NCBI GenBank assembly: GCA_049665685.1
Contig: JBATGJ010000151.1
Coordinates: forward strand, 1-38,740
Length of the DNA: 38,740 nt
DNA from: Gammaproteobacteria bacterium
GTDB lineage: Bacteria; Pseudomonadota; Gammaproteobacteria; UBA9214
Direction of reading: 5' to 3'
A model generated the notes under the pieces. The model did not search any database. It saw only the letters and a program-made list of their open reading frames with translations, and was not told the DNA's origin. The stretch's first letter is position 1; every line of letters begins with the position of its first letter. The translations under genes and the position numbers were made by a program. Shown piece by piece: positions 27,217 through 36,150 of the stretch.

Positions 27217-27512
27217 GGCTGTCAGCTAATAATATCTGCAAGGCAGCGACCGGATGGTCGCTACAGCTTATCCTGACTGTCTGCCAACTCCTGCCCGGTC
27301 AATTAAAGAACTGCCGGTATTCGCCGATCCGCACCCTACGGCACTCTGCCAGTGGGGGCAGTCCGTGGCCCACAAGACGGCAACCGGAAGTTCAGGCAAG
27401 TATATCCATTCATTTGCAGTGAACTTCAACTGTACCTGGTACCACACCGGATGTGTACACAGGTATGGCGTCGTCATTTATCTGGCCGCTTATTCATGAA
27501 GGGAGTCATAGT

Positions 27513-28358
27513 GTGGACACAGATGGAGACGTAACAGAAAACGGGCCACTTATCGAGGGTGGCCAAAGAGCAGACAAGTGTCATGCTGACGATCTGAACG
27601 ACCGTGTTAACGAACTGAAGCATAACTCGAGCGGCGTAGAGAAATTGCGCGTCCTGATTTGTGAGGATGATGATGATTTTGCTGTGCTCGGTGAATTTCT
27701 GTTACTGACAGCCGGATTTGAGATCGAGCAGGCTGAAGATGCAGAGACTGCGCAGAAACTCATCAAAACCTGTCAATTTGACATTATGATCCTTGACCTG
27801 GGTCTGGCCGGCATAGATGGCCTGTCATTCATCCGCGAGCTGGATGAAAGCAACATAAACATTCCCGTTATTGTTATTTCAATCAATGCATCGAAGGCGC
27901 GTGCCAGCCTGCGCAATCAACCGGCCTTTATAGTCGACTGGATTGACAAACCGGTGGATCAGCAGCAACTGGTGAACAGTGTCTTGCTGGGCGTACAACC
28001 GGCAGTAGTGACCGGCCGTCGCATTCTCCACATCGAGGATGACCCGGATATTACCAGGCTCGTACAGGTGATGCTGGATGACACCTGGGAAGTAATCACT
28101 GCGGCGAGTGTATGCGAGGGACGCAGCCGGTTGGCAGATGGATACTTTGATCTTGTGCTGCTCGATATCAATCTGCCGGATGGCTCGGGTCTTGACTTGC
28201 TACCCGATATTCGAGCACTGAAATGCCCGGTCGCCGTTTTTGCCGAAAACGAACCATCCGATAAAACTCTGGATGTGTTCGATGCAACCATTGTTAAATC
28301 CAAAACCACCCGGGCAGGTCTACTCAAAACTCTGCTCGATCTGACTGAAGCAGCATGA
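27513..28358 (+). CDS. Response regulator with two tandem receiver (REC) domains and no output domain
   Basis: The ORF opens at a GTG at 27453. I prefer the in-frame GTG at 27513, which is preceded by GAAGGGAG; the ATG at 27465 is also possible. REC1 is VLICEDDDD...DIMILDLGLAGIDG...VISINASK. REC2 is ILHIEDDPD...DLVLLDINLPDGSG...IVKSK. Confidence 0.75.
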   Translation: MDTDGDVTENGPLIEGGQRADKCHADDLNDRVNELKHNSSGVEKLRVLICEDDDDFAVLGEFLLLTAGFEIEQAEDAETAQKLIKTCQFDIMILDLGLAGIDGLSFIRELDESNINIPVIVISINASKARASLRNQPAFIVDWIDKPVDQQQLVNSVLLGVQPAVVTGRRILHIEDDPDITRLVQVMLDDTWEVITAASVCEGRSRLADGYFDLVLLDINLPDGSGLDLLPDIRALKCPVAVFAENEPSDKTLDVFDATIVKSKTTRAGLLKTLLDLTEAA

Positions 28359-28390
28359 ACGGTATTGCCACTTATTAGCATATAACTGAT

Positions 28391-28780
28391 ATGAAGAGCC
28401 GCGCCAATGACTCCAGCCAATCAGGTTTACAGGCAGACCAGGAAGCACTACGTCAGCAGCTTGATGAATTGTTCAAGGGCTATATCCTTCGCTTGCCGGA
28501 AAAGCTGGAAAGTATCCGGGATATTGTCAACTCACTGCACACAGACAGAGATACCGGCAGGGTATTAAGTGAGCTGCAGACGCTGGTGCACAAGCTCGCC
28601 GGCTCGGCCGGCACCTATGGATGCCCGGATGTAGGCAGGGCAGCCCGCGACTATGAGCTGCTGGTCACCAGCCACCTAGATTCTGACACCGGCCTCGCGA
28701 CGGAAGACCACGCGCAGTTCGAGGAACGATATGCTGATCTGGCGATGGCCGTTGAGCTTGTAATCAATTCAGCATCCTGA
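28391..28780 (+). CDS. Histidine phosphotransfer (Hpt) domain protein
   Basis: 129 aa with LQTLVHKLAGSAGTYG, which matches the Hpt H-x-L-x-G-S-A-G signature. Confidence 0.75.
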   Translation: MKSRANDSSQSGLQADQEALRQQLDELFKGYILRLPEKLESIRDIVNSLHTDRDTGRVLSELQTLVHKLAGSAGTYGCPDVGRAARDYELLVTSHLDSDTGLATEDHAQFEERYADLAMAVELVINSAS

Positions 28781-28856
28781 AGCAGACCCGGTAATGACAC
28801 AGAGATTGCCTCAAGGTTGTTCCCAGTGCATACCAGTGCGTCGTATCATCCCGACC

Positions 28857-29831
28857 ATGCGCATGAAGGTTTTTCTGTTTCTGGCAGCAGTACTGGCATT
28901 ATCCCCCGTTGCAGCTGACTGGCATCGCGAAGAAGCGGCCATCATGGGAACCGCAGTTGTGGTCGAGCTGTGGACTACCGATACTGCAAAGGGCAGGGCG
29001 CTGACGCAAGCAGTGCTCGATGAGGTGCGGCGCATCGACCGCCTGATGAGTACCTACCGTCCCGACAGCGAACTGTCGCAGATCAATGCGGCTGCCGCGG
29101 AACGACCGGTTCGGGCCAGCAAGGAACTGCTGCAACTGGTCAAGCGGGCACTCGACTACTCTGTCATTACCGGCGGCGCCTTTGATATTACCTATGCCAG
29201 TGCCGGTCAGCACTATGACTTCCGTGCCGGCAAGAAGCCCGACACCGCGCAGCTTACCGAGGCCCTTCCAGCCATCGACTATCGCCATGTCCTCATCGAC
29301 GAGGCAGGGTCAACAATACACTTCCTGCACAGGGGTGTGCGGATTGATCTCGGCGGGATCGCCAAGGGCTACGCTGTCGACCGTTGCATTGCGCTATTGG
29401 CCGATGCCGGCATTACCAATGCACTGGTCAGCGCTGGTGGCGATACCCGCGTCAAGGGCAAACGCTGGAAACGCCCATGGCAGGTGGGCATCCGCGATCC
29501 ACGCAAGCAGGATGGCATTGTATCGATGATCCCGCTGGAGGACACGGCGATCTCCACCTCGGGTGACTACGAGCGCTACTTCGAGCAAGACGGGGTGCGT
29601 TATCATCACATCCTCAATCCAGGGACCGGAGACTCGGCCCGCGAAGTCCACAGTGCCAGTATCATCGGGCAATCAGCGACCGATACCGATGCGCTGTCTA
29701 CCAGCGTTTTTGTACTCGGCGTGGCCCAGGGGCTGGCGTTGATCAACCGAATACCGGACACCGAGGTCATCATCATTGATAACAACGGTTTGCTGCACTA
29801 TTCAGACGGTTTGGCGCGGGTCGGGCAATAA
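28857..29831 (+). CDS. apbE: FAD:protein FMN transferase (ApbE family), secreted
   Basis: The ORF opens at 28794. I start it at the ATG at 28857 (MRMKVFLFLAAVLALSPVAA, a signal peptide). ApbE motifs present: IMGTAVVVEL, GGIAKGYAVD, ISTSGDYERYF, HHILNPGTG. Confidence 0.85.
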   Translation: MRMKVFLFLAAVLALSPVAADWHREEAAIMGTAVVVELWTTDTAKGRALTQAVLDEVRRIDRLMSTYRPDSELSQINAAAAERPVRASKELLQLVKRALDYSVITGGAFDITYASAGQHYDFRAGKKPDTAQLTEALPAIDYRHVLIDEAGSTIHFLHRGVRIDLGGIAKGYAVDRCIALLADAGITNALVSAGGDTRVKGKRWKRPWQVGIRDPRKQDGIVSMIPLEDTAISTSGDYERYFEQDGVRYHHILNPGTGDSAREVHSASIIGQSATDTDALSTSVFVLGVAQGLALINRIPDTEVIIIDNNGLLHYSDGLARVGQ

Positions 29832-29927
29832 TTTCTCATTGCAGGAGCGCTTTGCAGGTGCAATTAACCTGCTCTAATGTTCGCGTCTGCAGGGCGCACC
29901 TGCACTGATATACATACCCCCGCAAAC

Positions 29928-29943
29928 TGTGACCCGGGTCACA
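29928..29943. promoter_or_regulatory. Perfect CRP-family palindrome TGTGA-N6-TCACA
   Basis: TGTGACCCGGGTCACA is a 16-bp perfect palindrome. Its centre lies about 137 nt upstream of the ATG at 30073. Confidence 0.5.
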
Positions 29944-29986
29944 CTCTGCACTTCCTGGTTCCCTCACAATGCCTGCAGGTATCGAA

Positions 29987-30004
29987 TTGACCGATACAGG
30001 TCAA
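29987..30004. promoter_or_regulatory. Inverted repeat TTGACC-N6-GGTCAA (operator-like)
   Basis: ttgaccgatacaggtcaa has perfect 6-bp arms. Its centre lies about 77 nt upstream of the ATG at 30073. Confidence 0.4.
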
Positions 30005-30072
30005 TTTTCCGTTCCGCAGACCGACATAACTATAGATAGCCTGACTATTGAGCGCCATGAGCGAGGTTCGAG

Positions 30073-30618
30073 ATGTTGCAGCAAAAACTACTGGTACGCG
30101 TCGCCAGATCATTGATAGCGGGCATGTGCCTATTGATCACTACCCACGTACAGGCTGAATCCCCTGTGGATAATGCCAGCCTGGACGAAAATATCCAGAC
30201 CCTCAAGGAGGATGTGATCGCACTCAATCGCGACCTGTTCATTCTCGAGGAGGAGCTGCTTTATCCATCGAACACGCAGCTCGCCGTATTCGTGTCACTG
30301 GATGTCGGCAAGTTCTTTGCCCTCGATTCGGTGCAGCTCAAGGTCGACGACAAGGTCATGACAAACTACCTGTATACCGAGCGCGAGGTCGAGGCACTGC
30401 ACCGCGGCGGCATCCAGCGCCTTTACATGGGTAACCTGAAGGCCGGTGAACACGAGCTGGTCGCAATCTATACCGGCAAGGGGCCAAACGGCAGGGACTA
30501 CCGGCGGGGTGCGACGCATGTGCTCAACAAGACGCTGGGCGCAAAGTTCATCGAAATCAAGATCGTCGACAACCCAAGCAGCGAGCAACCCGATTTCAGC
30601 ATTAAGGAATGGGACTAA
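30073..30618 (+). CDS. Secreted protein of unknown function (first gene of the TPR/ExbBD/TonB operon)
   Basis: 181 aa. The signal peptide ends in HVQA-ES. It has a short coiled-coil-like segment (IQTLKEDVIALNRDLFILEEELL), then a beta-rich domain. I could not recognise any family. Confidence 0.6.
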   Translation: MLQQKLLVRVARSLIAGMCLLITTHVQAESPVDNASLDENIQTLKEDVIALNRDLFILEEELLYPSNTQLAVFVSLDVGKFFALDSVQLKVDDKVMTNYLYTEREVEALHRGGIQRLYMGNLKAGEHELVAIYTGKGPNGRDYRRGATHVLNKTLGAKFIEIKIVDNPSSEQPDFSIKEWD

Positions 30619-30714
30619 TCGCGGTTAATGAAATTGCGCGGCTCTCAGAAACGCAGCTGTATATTCACGCCTGCATGGCGCTCCTACGTCAAACGAATGA
30701 TTTGTAGGAGCATC

Positions 30715-32565
30715 ATGCAGGTGCGATTGGCAATCATGCTACTGGCGGTTGCTGGTGCCGGAAATGCCGCAAACAACCCCCCCTCCAGCGCCCGGGACCT
30801 GCAATACGGCGAAGTCCTCTATCAGTATTACCAGGACGACTGGTTCAACAGTATCGTGCGCACGCATATCGCCCAGACCCAGGAACGCCTGCCTAACCAT
30901 GCCGATGAGGCCGAACTGTTGCTTGGCGGCCTGGACCTCAACTATGGATTGCGCAATGCGGCAGACAATATCTTTCAGCGCCTGCTGAGCGAGGCAACCA
31001 CCGATGAACAGACGCGCAACCGCGCCTGGTACTACCTCGCCAAGATTTCCTACCAGCGAGGCGACGCAGCACGGGCCTTGCGCGCTATCGGTCAGGTGCA
31101 GGGTGATATGAGCAAGGGTACCCGCATGGAAAGTGCCCATCTCGCCAGCCTGGTGCTGTTGCGCATGGGTGCCAATGAAGAGGCCATCGGCGTGCTGGAG
31201 GATGTCAAAGATCACAAGGTCTGGTCACCGTACCTGGCCTACAACCTTGGCGTGGCACAGATCCGCAGCGCCCGCCAGGCAGACGGATTCGAATACCTGG
31301 ATCATATTGGCGACATCCATGCAAAGAGCGATGAGTACCGCCTGTTGCGCGACAAGGCCAACCTTGCACTGGGTTACAGCCTGTTAAAAGAAGGGCAGGC
31401 CGAGGCCTCGCGTGACGCCTTGAATCGTGTGCGCCTGGAGGGTCCACTCTCCAGCAAGGCGCTGCTGGGTGCCGGTTGGGCCGACGCCGAGAGTGAAGCC
31501 TTCGGGCGTGCTCTGGTGCCGTGGCTTGAACTGAGTCAACGCGACCCAACCGATCCCGCCGTACAGGAAGCATTGCTGGCCGTGCCTTATGCCATGACCA
31601 AGATGAACCTGCACGGCCGTGCGGTCAAACATTACAACGATGCCATCGGCACGCTGTATGACGAACAAGGTCATCTGGACGAATCCATTGTCGCCATTCG
31701 ACATGGCGAATTGCTCGACGTACTGCAGACACAGGATCTGCGCAGTGGTACCGGCTGGCTGCAGAAACTGAGCTTCGATACGGACAACCCGGTATTGCGC
31801 TACCAGATCACGCTGATGGCTGCACACGACTTTCAGGAAGCGGTGAAGAATTACCGTGACCTCATGAAATTGCGAAAGAACCTGAATAAATGGTCGGAAG
31901 CTATTGAAGCCTATGATGATATGCTGGACGGGCGCGAACAGCGTTTTGCGCAACACAAACCGGCAGCGCAGACCGCCCTGCAGGCCGGTGACCGGGCCAG
32001 TCTGCAACAGCGTCACCACCAACTCGCCAGGCGTGTTGAGCAGATCGAGAAACACGGCAATCCGGTATGGCTTGCCAACGCAGAGGAGACGCGGCACTGG
32101 CAACGACTGCAGGACATCAAGTCCATGGTGTCCGCACTCCCGGAGAACGCACAGACCAGGCAGCTGCATGAGAGACGGACACGACTCGAAGGCATTCTCT
32201 ACTGGCGCTTGAACAGTGAATACAAACCGCGCCTGTGGGAAGCGAAACGACAGCTGGCCGAAGTGTCCGATTTGCTCAAGCAAACCGGGGACAATCTTGA
32301 CTCACTGAAGAGTGCTGAGACGATTACACCGGTCAGTTTTACCGGTTTTGACAAACGCATCACCCATAACAAGGCGCGCATCGCAGAATTACTGGCGCGC
32401 ACCGAGTCGACACAAGTTGCCCAGGGCAGACTCATCGAACAGATCGCAGTGCGCGAGCTGGAGCAGCAGAAAGAACGCCTCGATACCTACATCGTACAGG
32501 CCCGCTTCGCGCTGGCGCAGACTTATGACAGCGCACTGGTTGCCGGCAAGGGGACGACACCATGA
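30715..32565 (+). CDS. Secreted TPR + long coiled-coil protein
   Basis: The ORF opens at 30628. I start it at the ATG at 30715, preceded by AGGAG (30706-30710), giving MQVRLAIMLLAVAGAGNA as a signal peptide. The N-terminal half is TPR-like and the C-terminal half is heptad-rich (e.g. LRKNLNKWSEAIEAYDDML, RELEQQKERLDTYIVQARF). Confidence 0.7.
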   Translation: MQVRLAIMLLAVAGAGNAANNPPSSARDLQYGEVLYQYYQDDWFNSIVRTHIAQTQERLPNHADEAELLLGGLDLNYGLRNAADNIFQRLLSEATTDEQTRNRAWYYLAKISYQRGDAARALRAIGQVQGDMSKGTRMESAHLASLVLLRMGANEEAIGVLEDVKDHKVWSPYLAYNLGVAQIRSARQADGFEYLDHIGDIHAKSDEYRLLRDKANLALGYSLLKEGQAEASRDALNRVRLEGPLSSKALLGAGWADAESEAFGRALVPWLELSQRDPTDPAVQEALLAVPYAMTKMNLHGRAVKHYNDAIGTLYDEQGHLDESIVAIRHGELLDVLQTQDLRSGTGWLQKLSFDTDNPVLRYQITLMAAHDFQEAVKNYRDLMKLRKNLNKWSEAIEAYDDMLDGREQRFAQHKPAAQTALQAGDRASLQQRHHQLARRVEQIEKHGNPVWLANAEETRHWQRLQDIKSMVSALPENAQTRQLHERRTRLEGILYWRLNSEYKPRLWEAKRQLAEVSDLLKQTGDNLDSLKSAETITPVSFTGFDKRITHNKARIAELLARTESTQVAQGRLIEQIAVRELEQQKERLDTYIVQARFALAQTYDSALVAGKGTTP

Positions 32566-35363
32566 CACGGTCCCGGCCTGTCACGATAATCACCGCGTTG
32601 CTGCTAAGCGGTTGCTCCATTATGGGCGGCGGCGATAACGCACCTACTATCGGCGATCTCAGCAAGCGTTCGGTAACAATGGCGGACGTGCCGGTCGAGT
32701 CGAGTGAAAAGCAGGCTATGAATGCGTATCGAAATTTCCTCGCCACTGACGATGATACCGATGCACGCCCGCATGCGATGCGCCGCCTAGCCGACATCAA
32801 TCTCGAGGCCGAGGTTCTGCCACAGGCCGACTTCGATTCCGACCGGGCAGTCTCACTATATCCGCAACAGGTACAGGACTCGATTACACTCTATCAGCGT
32901 GTACTGAAAAACTATCCGCAACGCGAAAATAATGACTCGGTACTCTACCAACTGGCACGTGCCTATGAACTTGGCGGTGAACCAGACAAGTCACTGGCAA
33001 CGATGGCACAACTGGTGCGCCAGTACCCGGACAGCAAACACTGGCTGGAAGCACGCTTCCGTCGCGGCGAGATCCTGTTCGTGCAAAAAAAATATCGCGC
33101 TGCTGAAAACTCCTATCAGGCCGTGGTGGCAGCTGGCAAAGCAAGTCCGTTCCATGAGCAGGCGCTCTACAAACTGGGCTGGAGTTTCTTCAAGCAGGGC
33201 ATGTTTACCGAGGGCCTGGATGCCTTCACCGCCTTGCTGGATCTGAAGATCGACAACACGCTGGCCGGCGATCAACGCCTGGCACAACTGTCGCGTGCCG
33301 CACGCGAGCGGGTCGACGATACCCTGCGTGTCATAAGCCTGAGTTTCTCGTACGAACAGGGCGCGAAGAGTGTCGCCGACTATTTCACCAGGAAGGGTGG
33401 GCGACCTTACGAGGATATTGTTTACGATCGCCTGGGCATGCTGTATCTAGGCAAGGAACGTTTCAATGATGCCGCCGAAACATTCAACGCCTTCGTCGAA
33501 CAAAACCCTTATCACGCCCAGGCGCCGGCCTTCCAGATGCGCGTTATCGAGACCTATCGCCAGGGTAAATTCCCCACGCTGGTACTGCAGGGCAAGAAGG
33601 ACTTTGTAGATCGCTACAACCTGCATAGCGATTACTGGCAGCATCATGACCCGGCGGCATCGGAACAGGTCATGGGTTTCCTGAAAGTCACCATGACCGA
33701 TCTGTCGCGGCACTACCATGCACTGGCACAAAAGCACCGCAAACCGGCCGACTATGCCGAGGCAACCCACTGGTATCGGAGTTTCCTGGGTTCTTTCCCG
33801 CAGGACAAGGCAGCACCGGACATGAATTTCCTGCTGGCCGAGTTACTGTTTGAATCCGGACAGTACGCCGCCGCGGCTGACGAATACGTCATCACGGCAT
33901 ATAACTACGACACGCATGACAAGGCCGCCGATGCCGGTTATACCTCCATACTGGCCCGTAACAAGCATGAGACCACGCTGCAAGGCACAGTGCAGCAGGC
34001 GTGGCATGAACAGTCGATCGAGAATGCGTTACGCTTCGCGACGAGCTTTCCGGAGCACCCGCAGTCACTGGCTGTCCTGACCCGTTCCGCCGAGCAGCTG
34101 CTCGCCATCCATCGCAACCAGCGTGCCATCGAAGTGGCCCAGGCCGTCATCGACAACCCAGCCGCCACCACCACCCAGCAGCGCGTTACCTGGACAGTCC
34201 AGGCGCATGCCTACTTCGATCTCGAGGACTACCTGCATGCCGAGCAGGCCTATCAGCAGGTACTCACGCGCACGGCAGCAAATGATGAAAATAAACCTGT
34301 ATTAATAGAAAGACTTGCAGCATCTATCTATAAACAGGGTGAAGCAGAGCAGGGCGCGGGTGATACGGCGGCTGCCGTGGGGCATTTCCAGCGCGTGCGT
34401 GCCGCCGCCCCCACGGCCAGCATCGTAGCCACCGCCGAGTACGACGCCGCCGCCGGCCTGCTGCAGTTACAGGACTGGCAGGCGGCCGCCGGCATGCTGG
34501 AGCAGTTCCGCGGCGCATTCCCCGATGATCCGCGCCAGGGCGAGGTTACGCGCCGTCTTGCTACGGCCTACCTGTCCAGTGACCAACCGCTACAGGCCGC
34601 CACGGAGTTCGAACGTATTGGCCGTGAACATGCTGATGCAGACTTGCGCAGGGATGCCCTGTGGCAGGCTGCCGAACTGTATACCCGCGCAGACCGGTCA
34701 ACGCAATCGAATAACATGTACAGCGAGTACATCCGCCAGTTCCCGCAACCTTTTGAGCCGGCAATCGAGGCACGCCACCGGATAGCAAAGCAATACAAAT
34801 CCGCAGGCGCCACTGGCGATTACCATCGCGTGCTTGCCGACATCATTGCAAGCAACCGCAAGGCGGGTAATGGCCGCACCGAGCGGACGCGCTATCTGGC
34901 TGCCCATGCACAGTTGACGCTGGCACGCGTGCAATATGCCCGCTATCGAGGTGCTCGACTCACCTTACCACTGAAGCAAACACTCGAAACCAAGAAACGC
35001 CTGATGCAGGAAGCCCTGCAACAGTTCGAGCAGGCTGCCGGTTATCAGGTAGCCGCAGTCACGACCGCGGCCGCGTTCTTTACCGCGGAGATCTATAGCC
35101 ACCTTGCGACGGCGCTGATGCAATCCGAACGGCCGAAGAACCTCGATGCCGAGGCGCTTGAACAATACGACATTCTGCTTGAAGACCAGGCCTATCCGTT
35201 CGAGGAACAGGCCATCACCCTGCATGAGACCAATGCCGCGCGCCTGGAGGCAGGGCACTACGACGCCTGGATCGGCAAGAGCCTGCAGGTACTGGCGCAA
35301 CTGGTCCCGGCGCAATACGCGAAACACGAGAGGGGCGCATCGCATGTGGCCGAACTTCGTTAA
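32562..35363 (+). CDS. Large TPR-repeat lipoprotein (933 aa)
   Basis: ATGA overlap with the previous gene. Lipobox is ITALLLSGCSI. It has many TPR/YbgF/BamD-like repeats (e.g. VLYQLARAYELGGEPDKSLATMAQLVRQYPDS). Confidence 0.75.
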   Translation: MTRSRPVTIITALLLSGCSIMGGGDNAPTIGDLSKRSVTMADVPVESSEKQAMNAYRNFLATDDDTDARPHAMRRLADINLEAEVLPQADFDSDRAVSLYPQQVQDSITLYQRVLKNYPQRENNDSVLYQLARAYELGGEPDKSLATMAQLVRQYPDSKHWLEARFRRGEILFVQKKYRAAENSYQAVVAAGKASPFHEQALYKLGWSFFKQGMFTEGLDAFTALLDLKIDNTLAGDQRLAQLSRAARERVDDTLRVISLSFSYEQGAKSVADYFTRKGGRPYEDIVYDRLGMLYLGKERFNDAAETFNAFVEQNPYHAQAPAFQMRVIETYRQGKFPTLVLQGKKDFVDRYNLHSDYWQHHDPAASEQVMGFLKVTMTDLSRHYHALAQKHRKPADYAEATHWYRSFLGSFPQDKAAPDMNFLLAELLFESGQYAAAADEYVITAYNYDTHDKAADAGYTSILARNKHETTLQGTVQQAWHEQSIENALRFATSFPEHPQSLAVLTRSAEQLLAIHRNQRAIEVAQAVIDNPAATTTQQRVTWTVQAHAYFDLEDYLHAEQAYQQVLTRTAANDENKPVLIERLAASIYKQGEAEQGAGDTAAAVGHFQRVRAAAPTASIVATAEYDAAAGLLQLQDWQAAAGMLEQFRGAFPDDPRQGEVTRRLATAYLSSDQPLQAATEFERIGREHADADLRRDALWQAAELYTRADRSTQSNNMYSEYIRQFPQPFEPAIEARHRIAKQYKSAGATGDYHRVLADIIASNRKAGNGRTERTRYLAAHAQLTLARVQYARYRGARLTLPLKQTLETKKRLMQEALQQFEQAAGYQVAAVTTAAAFFTAEIYSHLATALMQSERPKNLDAEALEQYDILLEDQAYPFEEQAITLHETNAARLEAGHYDAWIGKSLQVLAQLVPAQYAKHERGASHVAELR

Positions 35364-35381
35364 ATCGGTACGAGGCAACTC

Positions 35382-35519
35382 GTCATTCCCGCAGCAGGGA
35401 ACCAGCCCGCTCGCGTACCACAGATCCTTCTGTAGCGTTACCCCGTTTCCGTCCAGTCGGGGTATAGCGCCACCAAGCAACATTGGCCACTGTATTCCCG
35501 CCTGCGCGGGAATGACAGG
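35382..35519. repeat. REP/MITE-like element: inverted pair of stem-loop units flanking a third hairpin
   Basis: Unit 1 is gtcaTTCCCgcagcaGGGAAccag (35382-35405). The central hairpin is TACCCCG...CGGGGTA (35439-35464). Unit 2 is reversed, with a perfect 8-bp stem: ATTCCCGCctgcGCGGGAAT (35494-35513). Same family as 15361-15443. Confidence 0.7.
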
Positions 35520-36150
35520 AATCAAGATTGCAGCATTGGCAGTGGTACTGGCTGCAGCCATCCTTACCGGCTGTGCCAGCGCGCCCGCCGGCAACAGCGT
35601 CATGCCAACCGGGGACACGCCTTCGAAACCTGCGGCACCGGTCAAGGATGCCGAGGGCAAGCATCGTTACGCGCTTGCGCTGATGGAAAAGGAGGAATGG
35701 CACGCGGCGGCGGAAGAACTTGAACTTCTCACCGCGGCGAGGCCCAAGCTGCCCGGGCCCTGGATCAACCTGGGTATTGTCAGAAATATGCTTGGTGACG
35801 GTGCTGCTGCAGAGCATGCCTTCAAGCGCGCACTGGAAGCCGATGCCGGCCAGGCCGAGGCCTGGAACCAGCTGGGTATATTGTATCGACGCAGTGGCCG
35901 CCTGGGCGATGCACACACCAGCTATAACGCCGGACTGAAACAGGCACCGAATCACGCCGACCTGCACTGGAACCTTGCGGTACTACACGACAAGTATCTG
36001 CCGGATCCGGCACTCGCGCTGGCGCACTACGAGCGCTATCAGCAGTTAACGAAATCCGACGACGTGCAGTTGCAGCAGTGGATTACGCAACTGCGTGAAC
36101 AGCTGCCCGCTGAAAAACCGGCGAAGATGACCGCGGAGACTAAAAAATGA
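35512..36150 (+). CDS. TPR-repeat lipoprotein
   Basis: The ORF opens at 35146, inside the previous gene. I start it at the ATG at 35512 (MTGIKIAALAVVLAAAILTGCAS, with a lipobox). TPR units include AWNQLGILYRRSGRLGDAHTSYNAGLKQAPN. Confidence 0.75.
   Translation: MTGIKIAALAVVLAAAILTGCASAPAGNSVMPTGDTPSKPAAPVKDAEGKHRYALALMEKEEWHAAAEELELLTAARPKLPGPWINLGIVRNMLGDGAAAEHAFKRALEADAGQAEAWNQLGILYRRSGRLGDAHTSYNAGLKQAPNHADLHWNLAVLHDKYLPDPALALAHYERYQQLTKSDDVQLQQWITQLREQLPAEKPAKMTAETKK

Noticed and set aside
27237-27262. Hairpin AGCGACC-ggat-GGTCGCT after the Tat-protein gene as an intrinsic terminator.
   Set aside because: The 7-bp stem is not followed by a T-tract, so it could be a weak or Rho-assisted stop. 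The evidence is insufficient to annotate it.
27430-27462. Palindromes TGTACC-t-GGTACA and TGTGTACACA upstream of the REC-REC gene.
   Set aside because: They are short and overlap alternative start codons, and I cannot tie them to a known regulator consensus. Noted as possible operators only.
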